Source: Cladosporium halotolerans (Eukaryota). Taken from it: 64,000 nucleotides of DNA. A program made the translations under genes and the position numbers. Positions 49,956 to 63,015 of this stretch are shown one piece after another. How positions within the stretch are numbered: position 1 is the first letter of the stretch; each line of letters starts with the position of its first letter. The notes beneath the pieces were generated by a model. It had not been told where the DNA came from, did no database searches, and saw only the letters and a program-made list of their open reading frames with translations. The stretch covers positions 1-64,000 of the forward strand of contig NW_027191496.1 in assembly GCF_011745625.1 (NCBI RefSeq). Reading direction: 5' to 3'.

Positions 49956-52900
49956 GTTGGTGTAGTGTCAATGCCTCGGTGTCGCTTAAGCAAGTTGGAA
50001 AGTCGGTGGCATTCCTTCGCGCACGCTGGTTGCAGTAGCTTCGAGTCCGGCGATTAATGATACGGAGAAAAAGGAAAAACGGCCGGAGACACTGATAGAA
50101 CGGGGTGAACGAGGGTTGAAAACCGACAGATGACGGCTTCCACTGCGCAACCAAGGAAGAAGACGAAATGAGATGCAGAGCCTTGGGATCACCAGAGGAT
50201 CGGAAGCATTAACTGTGTGACCAGCAGCGCTGAGCGGCCGGTCAAAGCACTCGCTGGGCGGTCGAGATCCTGGGAGGCCGTGAGACAGCATCATCCTGGC
50301 ACGATAGCGTCGGCGGTGGATGCAGGAACAGAGGCTAACGAGAAGTGAAACATGGCAAACCCGGTCTTGCACACACGACAGGAGAGCGGGGAGGTGGGTG
50401 CGGCCCACGCGTGGCACGCAATGCGGCCTTACCTAGACGAGCGCAACGACGAGCGCCCACCGGGATCCGTCCGGCGCTTCTGCAAAGTGTATGCACGGCA
50501 AGTGCATCGCATGCCTGTTCCTGGCAAACATCGGCACGGGTGCAGCTGCGAGCCTGCCGTGACGACGTTGATCCCGCTCCGGCCATGGGAGGCGCCGCGC
50601 GAGCTGATCACTCGAGCATTTCGGCCCCTGGAGCAAAAGGGCGAAATGGCCGCCGCCAGCGCGAGCGGTACGAGTATGGTGGTGCAGGCGTAGTGTCTCC
50701 CAGCTGCCACAGGCACGCGCGCTCAAACACTGGTCGCAACTCCGGCGATCAGCCAGCCACCGGTACCGTCCGGCGCTGGGCCACGTAGTGAGCAAGCGCA
50801 GTGGGCAGGCCGGCGAGCGCGAGCAGCGGTTCTCGCGAAAAAAAGCACGCGCGTTTCCCCTGGGTGGACCCGACGTCCCGAGGTGTTCGTGGCCGGCGAA
50901 CAGTGAGTTCTCCTCTTCGCCGGGGCGGAGTGGGCGCGCTGACGACGTCGGCCGAGGCATCGAGACTCCCATCGCATTCGTCGCATTTTCGCAATCTCCA
51001 CTTCAGCGCAGCACAGCGAAGCGCAGGCCGCCGCTCGTACAAGAATAATATTGATAGCAACGTTCATTTGTGCAACCACCGATTCGGGGACAGCTCACTG
51101 CACGCCTGGCATGCACGACGATCCGCCCGTCTCTAGTTGCTGCAAAGTGCCTCCCAGGCACGGCACGGCAGTGTGCGCTTCAGCAGGGCGTCCAATTGAT
51201 AAGAGCTACGGCAAAAGGCAGGCCGCGTGAAGCCAGGCATGACCCGACTACACACGTGCAAAGCGGAAGGCCCATCGCACTGGCCCGCGACAAAAGTCTC
51301 CGGCCCGGGGCTTCGTCCAATCATCTTTCCTCAAAGGCGCCTCTCGCTCCCAAAAGTGGAAACCCCAGAATCTTTTTTTCTTGTCTTGATCGCAGGCGTG
51401 ACGAAAGCATTGGAAAACCGGGCCCGGCACGTTGGGACTTCGCCGACGTGTAAGTTCGCGCTTGCAGTAGTGCAGAGCCCACCTGGACGTGTTGCAACGG
51501 TCCCAAACTCTGCTGTCGGCAGACAGCGTCGGTCGGTGTGGTAGAGATGTGATAGAAGGTCATGGCCGTTTTCTAGAGCTAGGGCACACGCACACAAATG
51601 CTCAGGAATTCGAAACGGCGGGCGAGTCGTGCGTTGCTGCAACCTGTCACGTCGTGAAACTCAACGGCTGCACGACGATCAGCAAAGCCACAGAACGCAG
51701 AGGCGTTTAACCGCCCACGCAAATAGACTCGACGCTCTCAGGAGTGATATGTCATATCGCAGCTGGCCGTGTGCCGTAAGTATTCTCCCACTTCGAGATG
51801 CTGACCAGGCCAGTCGTTTCTGCCGTGCGACGCCAACGTGTGCTCTTTCCGCGAGGAGTCGCACAACCAACCGCCGGCGCAACACACGCTTTGGCTCGCG
51901 TGCAAATAGGTTGCTATGTCTCAGACCCTGCATTTTGTGAAGAAAGGGAGCTCAACTTCGATTGGACTCGATGATACCGCGCGTCGTCCAGGCGGAAGAT
52001 GATCGTCGGACGGTGAGCTCTTCAATCAAGGCTCGTATCCCGTAAAGAGCCTCGATGTCGCTGGGCTAGAAAGACCCTGGATCTCCGTTCCTGTCGGTAT
52101 TCTTACCGTGCCAATACTCAAATAGATCTGCTCATGCGGCAGCTACAGCAGCTCAACCTTCCAAATCCGTCACGAAGCAGATGCCGTCCGAGGCACAATA
52201 GCAGTACATACTAGTGAACATCCACGGGGTACTGAAGTCAAGGTTGCGCAGGTGGCCAGACCGTCGCATGATCGACGCTATGTTCAAGAGACATTCCACT
52301 TTTTAGATGAGTTTGATCACCACCGCCCGGCCGCACGTCTGGGGTGTGCGGCTCCCCAGCCTGTTCGAAGCTATCGTGCGGCGGACAATTGATTTGATGT
52401 GGTGGCAATCCGCAACAAGGAAGTGATGACTGTACCGCAACCCCCAAACCCGAATGCGCCCGTCGGACTTGATGCAATGTACGGTTGCTCTTGTTGCTTG
52501 ATTTGATTCTCGCAGTTTGTGCTTTGCGTCTGCAATCACAGGGTAAATCATAGCAATCCGGCAGCAACTGCGATGCTAGTGAGATGGTCCCATGCTCCCA
52601 ACGCCGTCGAGATGGCCTGGTATGGTCTCAACGTCAGACCACACCGCCCAGGTGATGCAGCGCATTGGTACCTCCGTGACATGGGTTCTCGTGAATCCCG
52701 AATCCTATCAGACAATTGTCGGTGTGTTTCAACCCAATCATTTCAGGGCAGGGTAAATCATCCAGAGTCAGCCAGGTGTTTCGAAGGCCATGGACTCTCA
52801 CCAGGTTTTGCGGACAGTATCATGCGAACATATAAGCCGTGTTCGGCAGCGAGTCTGGTTCGTTCGCTCTGCGCATGCGTCCACAGTGGGACGAGAAGGC

Positions 52901-53067
52901 AGCGCCAACTGGGGTATATGCGGGCGATAGATCGGGGCGATTAGTCGCTACCATAATCAATATGGCCTTGCATACGTTGACCCCTAGTTGAACGCCACTT
53001 TGCTGGGGTTGTTTGAGGGGTCGATATTAACCTTCGTCTGACATATCACACATCTTGTGTTCCAGTT

Positions 53068-53085
53068 TTAGGGTTAGGGTTGGGG
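53068..53085 (+). repeat. Interstitial telomere-like repeat TTAGGG TTAGGG TTGGGG
   Basis: Read directly; minus strand is AACCCTAACCCTAA. Confidence 0.7.
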
Positions 53086-54121
53086 TATCAAGTTGAGACG
53101 CTCTTGACCGCTCGTGCAGAGGAGCATTTCGTTGATGTCGTCAAGCCAGCAAGTGAACCTTTCCGATACGTGGAGAAACTCCAATATTGTTTTTCTGCGG
53201 CTCCAATATGTTCGACGTAGACATTGGTGGTGCACATTGAAGCCCCAAGATTATCTGAAGCAACCTGAATGTAAGGCGAGAGCAGTGTTTGAAAGAGGTT
53301 GACATCATTTGAGCGATGAATCATGTCGGCACTGGGTCTGACATATCGTTGTGTTTAAAGGTCTCTAATGACGCTTGGCATCGCGCCTCAGCAACAGGCA
53401 CCAAGAGATATGTGATGGTTCCATCGCGCGTCCGGAAATTGTAGGCTTTAGAAGATCACGACGCGTTCTTACAGAGCGAATATCTTACTTTCCGGGGGAA
53501 TTCTGTTTTCTTTCGATAGCCAGTAATAAAGGTAGTACCACTTGAAGCTTTCTTGCGCCGGAGAGCGGGGATACCTAGTAGTAATGAGACTGTCAGAAAA
53601 TCTCGTGGACCTCAAATGTCCGAGTAAGCGATGGGCTCAAAACGTCAAGTAGTATGCCAGCAGTGGTTGATGTTTCCGTTGATGATTGGCTAGTTGCCAT
53701 CTGCCTGCGACGCTTGGAACAGTTGTGACCATGCTTAATTGCCAAAATTGAAACATTTTTGGTAGGAAAGACGGCAGTCCATCCAATACAAGCAGCAGAC
53801 GTTGATCGTAACTCGTGCCTGCCATTACCGTATTTTGAACTCTTTCTCGGCTCAAACGCTCGGGCCACGACCTCAGTCGCCGACGCCCTTTACATGAGCA
53901 TGACCTTCGCAAACCGCGAAGATACAACTTTAGGACCATAATTGTCGCACCTTCAAGGCCTCTCTGACTCACTTTAAAGGAACAACATTATGTCGTCGCC
54001 GTCAAATTAGCCCAAACCGAGCCCATAACCAAAACCCCCCACCTCCCCTCTACAACTCAAGGGACGGACGAAGAATCGAGCCTACAGACAACTCTCGCCA
54101 AACTGCACCACAAATCAGACA

Positions 54122-55001
54122 ATGTCGCGCCCCGTGCCATCACCTCCCGCACAACCCGACTCTCTCCTCGCCGCCTCAACTCTCGACTTCCTCCTTATCG
54201 AGCTCGTCCCGCTCGCACAGCGCATAGCCGAACAACACGCCGCGCGAGACCGCGCACAGCGCGAAGACTATGCCCGCAGCCAAATCTTCCACGACCAGCC
54301 AGTACAAACACCAAGCGCAGCAGCGGCGAGCAAACCGGCCGCGGACACGCTGTCCGTGGGCGGGGCGCCGACCGATAATACGACGGCGGCGGGAGGAGCG
54401 GGGGATGTGGAGGAGGAGAATCGCGATGCGGTGTTTTGGCGGTTAGATGGGATGGGGTATAGAGTTGGGCAGGGGTTGGTTGAGCGGTAGGTATGCCTTT
54501 TCTGGGGCCCTGGGATCTTGAAAGAGGCAGGCCACGGTTCGAACAATGGGATCTGACGGATTGGACAAACAGGTTCAGCGCCGGTCGACCACGGCCACAG
54601 ACGCCGCTCGACAGCATCAAATTTGTCTGCAAGGACCTCTGGCCCTTGTTGTTCCGGAAGCAGATCGACAACCTGAAGACCAACCACAGGGGCGTGTTTG
54701 TTCTGACAGACCAACGATTTCAGCCCATAAGTCGCGTGAGCGTGGACAGGAAGGCTGGTGTGAAGGCTGGGGAGGATACATTGAGTCGGGCACAGGCGGT
54801 GAGTATGGATTGGTGGGACAAATGGAGAAGGGCTGCGGATGGCGTTCGCTGACGTTGATGTCAATGCAGTATCTTTACTTCCCGTGTGGAATCATAAGAG
54901 GTGCTCTTGCAGGGCTGGGAATGGACGTCACGGTGCACGCGGACTCAAGTGAGATTCCCGCGGCAACTTTCCAGATCAAGACGAGAGGCGCGAAGGCTTG
55001 A
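54122..55001 (+). CDS. TRS33: TRAPP complex subunit Trs33/TRAPPC6 (Bet3 family); introns 54487-54572 and 54799-54869
   Basis: LDFLLIELV, RLDGMGYRVGQGLVER/FS, IKFVCKDLW..KQIDNLKTNHRGVFVLTD, YLYFPCGIIRGAL. Confidence 0.94.
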
Positions 55002-55447
55002 AGTGCTTCATGAGTCAGAGAAGAAACCCGCCGAGGCGATAACGTAGGAGGAACGCCGTACAAAGTGAGCTGCTCAGACGAAGGATAAGAGGCCCAAAGC
55101 CTGAATCATCTCGCGACTAGGCTGTAATCTTACGAGGGCTCTGTGAGCGTACATAAAAGCCGCGCCACGGACGTAAGGGGTCCAACGAACAGCCTGTTCA
55201 GGTTGAGTCCTGTGCGAGAGGACGCCCGACACAGGGCAGACACCGGAGGCCTTAATCAAGAAGGGGTTGATCACAATATTGACAAATGAAAGATAGCAAT
55301 GTTCAACTTTTGAATGATTCTCATGGCTCATAGCTATGTGCGACGAATCCGCCGGCGACATTGCAAATAACTCAACGCTTTGTATGCGTCCATCCTCTTC
55401 CTCTAGCCGTGGATAGGGACGCCAACATTTGCCCAATATTCATGCAT

Positions 55448-56687
55448 TCATAGCCTAGCTGGGAATCAGTGTCAGTCGGTGTTCCTGGCACAGCTGCGGC
55501 GGAAGAGACCTACTTAGGCGGGTTGGCAACGAACTCAACACCCTTGGAGATGTTGCCCTTGAGGCCGTCGTAGCAAGCCTGGAGGAGCTTCTTCTCGTAG
55601 TCGTTCGCAGAAGGAATCGGGTTGTGGGCCTGCTTGGCGCCCTCCTTGCCGAGCTCGACGGGAACGGAGAAGTACTCAAGGCCGGTCTCCTTAGCGATGG
55701 CATCACCACCAGGAACACCAGGCAGGTAGACGAAGGTGGGCTCAATGACACCACTCTCTCCGTTGGCAGCCTTCAGAAGCTTCTCAGCGAAGCGGAAACC
55801 GGCGTAGGCCATGGAGAGGGTGGCGGAACCGGCACCATCCTTGGCCTTGACGACCTCGTCACCGCCAAACTGGACACGGTTGGTGAGGGCGTCGAGCTTG
55901 TCGGCGGGGATGTTGACAGCAGGCTTAGCCTGGCTGAAGAGCGGGACGATAGTCTCGCCAGAGTGGCCACCAATGACCGGGATAACGGTCTTGGCCGGGT
56001 CCTTCTCGCCAGTGATGCCCTGGACGAAGGTCTCGGCGCGGACGACGTCGAGGGTGGTGACACCGAAGAGCTTCTGGGGGTTGAACTTGTTGGCCTTCTT
56101 GAGGACCTCAGCAGCGATGGGGACGGTGCTGTTGACGGGGTTGGAGATGACGAGCACGTAGGCGTCAGGGCAGAACTGGGCAACGCCCTCAATCAGGCCC
56201 TTCACGATGCCGGCGTTGATCTTGAAGAGGTCGTCGCGGGTCATGCCAGGCTTGCCTGAGGGTATATTCTTAGCTCTTGTATCGGCAGATAGCGGGGTAC
56301 CGTGATGGCTGGTAGCTTACGGGGAATGCCAGCGGGGATGACAACGATGTCGGCACCGGTGAAGGCCTTCTTGAGGCCATCGTCGGCAGGGAGGAAGCCC
56401 TCGATCTGGGCGACAGAGGAGATGTGCGAAAGGTCGGCGGCGACACCAGGGGTGTTCACGACATCGTAGAGGGCGAGCTTGTCAACGAGCGGGCAGGCCT
56501 TGAGGAGGAGGGACAGCGGCTGTGACGAGGTGTCAGTATTTATCAATTCCAAAGCTATCCACCTTGTGACTGTGCTTACCTGTCCGATACCACCAGAGGC
56601 GCCGGCGACGACTGTTCGCGTTGAAGGTTAGCTCGCAATTGAGTCAGTGAGGGGATGGGTCGGTAACCCCGCACCTGCTTTGACCAT
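55448..56687 (-). CDS. MDH2: NAD-dependent malate dehydrogenase, cytosolic/peroxisomal type; introns 56612-56674, 56520-56579, 56256-56320 and a terminal intron from 55513 to 55459 or 55455
   Basis: [64 protein letters not shown]; no mitochondrial presequence. Confidence 0.95.
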
Positions 56688-57799
56688 ATTGACGGTGTTG
56701 TGAATGGAAGGTGTTGTAGAGGTTGGCGTAGATAGGCGAGAGCGAGGTGTGAAAGATCGATATGAGCTTGGTAAGGTGTTGTGAGTGGAAGAAGGTGGGA
56801 GAGTGTTGAGGTTGAAGGCCGAAGTCAGTTCGGCGAGCAAGCGACGTGTTTACGCCCGCACAGCTGCTGCTGTGCCCCGCCCAACCTCAAGCAAAGGGTG
56901 TGATGGCGCCGGAGGGCCCCGCATGGCCCGCATGGAGATCCCCTCCACCGATGCGCGCAATATCCCGCCGTCATGCATGCCTTAGCTGACCATGTCCCTC
57001 CGCGAGGAGCTTTATAATTTCGCTGCCATGTCCCCGGCTCACATAAAATGCGAATACACGTATGAGGATGCCATAACCCCAAAATGATTTGTTGTTTGTG
57101 ACTACATAGGTGCAACGGGGAGCAACGTCAGGGTGGAGCTTACGATCGCAATTAGCCGAATACCATAATGTACTGGTGACTCTTTCCTCCGTCTTGCAAG
57201 CCAACGCAGCGAGAAAATGTCGTCGTGTGCAAGGTCTGGAACAAGGAGACCGGCATCGTGTGTTCCGCGGCTCTTCTGTTTCCTCATACTGCCGCTTGCG
57301 TCTAAAAGCCATTACAACCACCGAGAACAAATCGCCGTGATGCTCCGGCATCAATGCCGTCGCCTCCTCTGAGCGAGCAATTATCGTGAAGAGCTCGTTC
57401 CGTCAACATGCGTGACTTGATCTAACCGCGGTCGCGCGGAAACACGTGCGATCTCGACATTTCGCGTTCCCGAGTACGCCCGGCTGGAGCTGGCGAGCCG
57501 CGGTGGCAGCGCGAAAACACCCGAGGGACAGTGATATGAGGTTTGCGGAAAGGATGAAGTCATTTGATTGCCCTGGCCTCGAAGCCTGAAGCTCCCGATG
57601 TACCTAAGCTCGCCTTCTGCCGTCCCGAAATCAGTTTACCATTTCCAAAAACCATGGGTTTGGCAAGGCGCAATTACTCCAATAAACGCCACGCCTGTCG
57701 CTCACTCATGCTACATCTTCTAATGCATCTTTGTACAGGTATATGCAACTTCGCAGTTCCTCCGTCTATTCTTTCTTTCTTCTTCTTCCAGAAATGCCG

Positions 57800-58870
57800 T
57801 TAGTGTTCCGAATCACCGAACGCGTGATCTTCGCCAGCCAGCATTCGCGGAAGGTAGTACTTCATGTTTTCGTAAACGAGGAAGGTCACACAGGTAGATG
57901 GGAGGACCCTTATAAGGTTAGGGCCGAGTCTGCGATGGACATGTGTCAGCAAAGGCTAAACCGACAGCCATCTGAGTCGGAAAACAAACCCTCTGTAGAA
58001 ACCAGTAAGACCCTCATTCCTCCACACCTGCCTGATCACATCCGTAGCTCCGGTGTATCTGTTGCTCGCATCGTAGGTTTGTAGACGTGCCCGCACGACT
58101 TGGTAGGGATAAGTGATGCTGCCGGCGAACATCTTGCTCGCGGCACTAAGATAAAGGTAGTCCAAGTTCGTCAATCCTTTCTTGCCGCCGGTCCGCGACA
58201 TGCCCCAGTGATTCTTCAAATTCTCGTACGCCATGAATTGAATCGCGCCATGGCTCACACCAAACAACGAAGGCAGCAGTCCGCGATAGAAACCTCTGAT
58301 GCCCTCTGTGCGGTAGAGCTCGTATGTGCCGTGGGAGATCGAACGGTAAGCGCCAGGAGAGTTCCGCGCCGTCGACAACATACGCGTCTTGATTACCCAA
58401 ATTGGATTTGTAAAGACAGCAGTCAGGATTCCACTGACTCCCGATGCAAGGAAATAGTCGCTTGAGCGTAAAGCTTTCTTCCCCTCAGACCCTCTTGCTG
58501 ATGCAATCAGGTCCTTGATGTTGCCATACCACATGAAATATAAGCCCCAACTTATGCTATTTCCGATCATGTTTGGCATCAGCCCGCGATAGAAACTGCG
58601 CACGACCTGCGCCGAGTCCTTGACAACGCCATGCCCGTGTAGTCCCTCGTGCCAGGCCTCGTTTGCGATCTGGCGGATCACGCGCCAGCTGTTGCCGGGC
58701 CGAGTCTGCGAACTGTTTTCGATTTGTAATCGGGTCTTTACGACGTCGAAAGGGTGGACAGCCAGAGTTGAGACGACGCCTGCAGTGAAGCCAGCGGTCG
58801 ACTCTACCAAGGACGGCGTGAGGTAGACTGACGGCTGCCGCCCTTCGAGTGGAGGGTAGACCCGCGGCAT
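57800..58870 (-). CDS. FLX1: Mitochondrial carrier, FAD/folate transporter type; intron 57930-57989
   Basis: Three Px[DE]xx[KR]-type repeats: HPFDVVKTRLQ, NPIWVIKTRM, YPYQVVRARLQ (W and Q variants typical of Flx1/SLC25A32). Confidence 0.85.
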
Positions 58871-59684
58871 CCCTGCGGCGGCGGAGGTGGAGGTCGAAAT
58901 CGTGGCGGTGGTCTCGTAGGTTGTCGCACGATCATGTTGAGTCGGTCATCTTCGCATCGCTGCTGTGTCTGCCAGCCGAGGGAAAGTGGAGAGCGAATGC
59001 GGGAGAGCGGGTAGTGGATGGTAAGACTGGGAGATGTCTTAGCGAACGCCGTTGACCGACAGATTGGAGCTGGAGATCAAGGCGCCACGCGTGGGGAGCG
59101 TGGGGTAATGAAATTTGATGGATGATTAATCAAAATTTAGCCTGCATTTGATTGACATCAAGTGATGAGGAAGGAAGATTTGCGAACGATCTTGCGGAAG
59201 ACTTGAAACAACCCGACTGTGCAACTACTCCATTGGCTCAAGATTGGCCTAGATCGTGGCAGTATGAGAGTGATGGTATACTCTACACTACAATCGCACG
59301 GACGTTGTCGCTCCAGACTCCGTCCAGGCCCACCCTCACTGACATATTGATGAGATGAATCGAGACGATGCTGCAATTGTGGTGACACAGGGTAATCCGG
59401 AGCTCATATGTACGCAATGTCAGGTCCATTCCCTCGACACTTTCCTGCAACGACAGAACAACAAGAGATGGTACTCATGCAGATGGGCTTTCACTTGACG
59501 TTCCTCTCCTATATACAGCGCCCTTTCCGGGCAATATTTCCATACGAATTCGGCATGCTTTTCCTCTTCCCTGAAGCCTCTGCCTTATATCTCCCACAAG
59601 CGTGCCTTCTGACACCCGTGGACTAAGTACTCCCAAACGCCGCGCCTACGCACTATACATGCTGCCCCCGGCAAGTCTCATCTT

Positions 59685-60007
59685 CTAGTGGTGTCCCTCG
59701 TCGTGGTGGCCGTGATGTCCGTGGTCGGCAACAAGTTTATCGTATGCGACGTAGACTGCGAAAGCTCCCAATGCGATACCGAAGCCGGGGAAAGAGCCCT
59801 TGAAGCGGTTGGCACGGCTGAAGGGGCCGGTGTATCTCCAGGCCTCGCTGCTTTGTGTTAGTACCAGAGCGTCTATGGATTCTTTCAGCCTTGAAGGCAC
59901 GGTCGGGACCGGACGTACGCTCTCGCCCAGGGATCGTTTGCGGGTTGGCCGGCCGCGGCGGCGAACTTTTGCGGGTCAAAGCCGGTGAGGTTGGGTCTGG
60001 GGGCCAT
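59685..60007 (-). CDS. NDUFB3: Complex I accessory subunit B12 (NDUFB3/NB2M); intron 59848-59918
   Basis: DPWARA/EAWRYTGPFSRANRFKGSFPGFGIA, one TM, His-rich tail. Confidence 0.9.
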
Positions 60008-60717
60008 TTTGCTCTCTGTGAATTGTGAGCACACGCGATCAAGCAGGCGTGCAGCAGGCGGGAGTCGTACCAGGTGTTTCAATGGCGCGTTGTTGCTTAC
60101 CTACGATCTGCCTGAGGTGCGGTTGCTGTCGCAGTCCATGCGACGGGGCGGGGACTCGCCGCACTTTCCTCGCCGGCTTTCGACCGACAGACTCCTGCCA
60201 GTTGAAGGTCGAGCTCACGTATGGCGCATATACTGTTACCGACCTCTCGACATTGACACTCTCCAATCCGACAGACTGAATACGCGGACTTCTGACAAAT
60301 ATTTAGCATTCTCTACGCCGAACGAAAGATTCCCGAACGACCGATACCGGCGACGCGCTATTCCCGCGACCAGTACTCTACCGTTCACGCGACAACACCT
60401 AGACGCTAATTCCACTGCGTCTAGTGAATCGTCACTCAGAGGATCATCCTGCAGACCATCCCGACGCGCAAGAATGGAGGCTGTCCCGAAATCATAGAAG
60501 ATCCGAAGACACCCCCACTCGACCCAGTCGAACTCGTCGAGATTCAAAGCGCCAACAGCCTCAACCCTCGAGAGCCCATCTTCCAGAAAGGGCTGTGCGA
60601 CATTTCTCTTGGTCGGAACCGCAAACGCAACTCTACCAGTACTTCCGCAGACAGGAGCAACACCGACAGTACATATTCCTCCCAACACCTTGGTTTGGTC
60701 CTGCACGGCCGCTAGCC

Positions 60718-62423
60718 ATGCCTCCTCAAGTGAGCCGGATGCACCCTTCGCACATGTCGAATCCATTCGTGCACCTCAATTCACAACACTCAATCCCTCA
60801 GAGCTCTTACCAAAGCCAATCATCACACCTACCCGGTAGCTTCAACTCTCAACCCAGCTTCGGTGGCACTGCCATCAATGGAGGAATATCGCCCTTCCCG
60901 TCATCATCAACATATGGCGCGAATGCTTTCACACCAGGCGCTAGCAGTTCGGTATTCAATGGCGGCACATTGAGCGGACAAGGCCAGGGTCTTGCGTCAG
61001 TCGCAGCCCAGCAAGGTTTCGCAAGAGGCGCGGCTATGCAAGAACACTCAGCACATCAACTTGAAGCAGCAAGCATGGATAACAAGTCCGGAGCGAATAG
61101 CAGGATAAGGCAGGTCTGGCGGCATAATCTTGAGCAAGAGATGGCCGTTCTAAGACAGCTTATCATCAAGTATCCTTACGTGTCGATGGTATGTTATCAC
61201 TCAAACTGCGATCGCAACAATGCGTCTTTGGAGCTTCAGACTGGTCGGCTTCATCCGCGGGCCCATGGGGCTTTTCTCGCAGATGCACGTTCAGCTACTA
61301 TCTGTCGCTATGGATAAACTTGCTACGCCCCTTTCCCAAATCTGGCATACCGGCTGACATTTGCATGCAGGACGCTGAATTTCCCGGAATTGTCGCCAGA
61401 CCGATCGGTAACTTTGCTGGTAGCAAGGCCGAGTATCACTATCAGACGCTACGCTGCAACGTAGACCTCCTGAAGCCCATTCAGCTTGGAATAACTGTCT
61501 GGACAGCCGAAGGCGATCTCCCGCCTCAACAGCCCGACCCTTCTCTTATCAGCCAGCTGAACGGAAAGTCGCCCTATCCCAACAACCTCATGTACTTGCC
61601 ATGCACCTGGGTCTTCAACTTCAAATTTAATCTTAACGAGGACATGTTCTCGGAGCCGTCGATCCAACTACTTGAGCAAAGCGGCGTTGAGTTCGACAAG
61701 AACCGCGAAATGGGCATCGACTTGGACGCTTTTGGCTCTCTTCTCACCACATCCGGCCTCGTCTTTTCTGATGAGGTGAACTGGCTGTCGTTTCATAGTG
61801 GATACGATTTCGGCTACCTCATCAAGCTTCTTACTGCGCAAGGCCTTCCTGAAGACCAAAGCGGATTCTTTGATGTTGTGGGCACATATTTCCCTAAACT
61901 TTGGGACATCAAGTTTCTCCTGCGTCATGCCCAGCGTATGAATGGTCAGGGCCGCCTTACACCGGAAAGCTCGCGCATCATTAGCGACCTCGGCCAACGC
62001 TCTGGACTGCAGGATCTCGCGGATATGCTGTCTTGCCATCGGGTTGGCCCAGCGCATACCGGCGGCTCGGACGCTTGGCTCACTGGATCCGTCTTCTGGG
62101 CCATGCGCAACCGTGTCTTCGGCGGCGATTTGCCTGACGATCTTGCCGACCAAATCTACGGCCTGCATGGCGTTCCTCTACCCGCCTCTCAACAATATCG
62201 CGAGGAGTTCTTCGCCGCGCAGGGTACTCCTCAGCAGCAAGCCAACGGCCTCACAGGCGTCGCCGCAAGCTTTGCCTCTGGCCACACTCCCAACAACCCT
62301 TCCACGCCAACTAGCAGTCACGCGGGACTCAATGCGACAACTCCCGGGCCTCACTTCGGACACAGCATGGGGGCCGGGAGTTTGGGTGCGGCGGGATTCG
62401 GCAACTTCCAATATAGTAAATAG
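60718..62423 (+). CDS. POP2: CCR4-NOT deadenylase subunit Caf1/Pop2; intron 61189-61370
   Basis: RIRQVWRHNL..YPYVSM/DAEFPG, YQTLRCNVDLLK, SFHSGYDFGY, HTGGSD (DEDD residues intact). Confidence 0.95.
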
Positions 62424-63015
62424 GGCGGTCATTATTGGACGGGTTAACGAGATACCCAAGGTCTGATTTCTTGCGGTGTGATAGCGTTCTGCAGCCGGTG
62501 GAGGCGTTTGGGTAAGCAGTCGGCAAGGCTAGCTAGTGGCTGTTTGATGGGTGTTGTACATGTATATTCGATCAACCATTCACGCAATCAGTTCTTGGAG
62601 CAGTCTCCTCACGAGATGATAGACTCAATTACTATAGGTTTTTTGATTGCAATTTTGACAGTGGGCTCATGATTGAAATGAATAATTCAAAAGGCCACCT
62701 CATGTAGACGTAACGTTGTTCGAGTTTCTTCGTCCTACTATTGACGCCCGTTTTAAAGACGTGGCCCGTGCGTGGCGAAAGCTTGAGAGCGGCTGCACGA
62801 CGCCAAATTCTGAGGTGACTGGTGTGATTACCTAGCCAATTGAGTCAATATATTTTTGCCCCATTCCACCACTATCCTGCAACCACTCCTTCAACGTGGC
62901 TGCCCGCGCCTTTAGACACTCTTTCTTTCTTCAAACCCGCAACTTCACTTCCTCAGCCCCCAGGTGGCGTGCCATTGCTCCGGTCCGGACGCGAAACACA
63001 GGAGGAACGATCAGC

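Noticed and set aside
50335..51940. Numerous 80-180 aa ORFs on both strands in a GC-rich stretch
   Set aside because: Overlapping Arg/Ala-rich translations with no domain or codon signature; probably promoter or long 5' UTR of the CRIB gene
54487..54572. GTAGGTATGC double donor in TRS33 intron 1 as a possible stwintron
   Set aside because: A single GTAGGT..CAG intron restores the frame, and there is only one branch/acceptor set
59155..59352. GTGATGA ... CTGA with flanking CATCAA/TTGATG, resembling a C/D snoRNA
   Set aside because: The stem is offset from box D, the span is long, and I recognise no rRNA or snRNA complementarity
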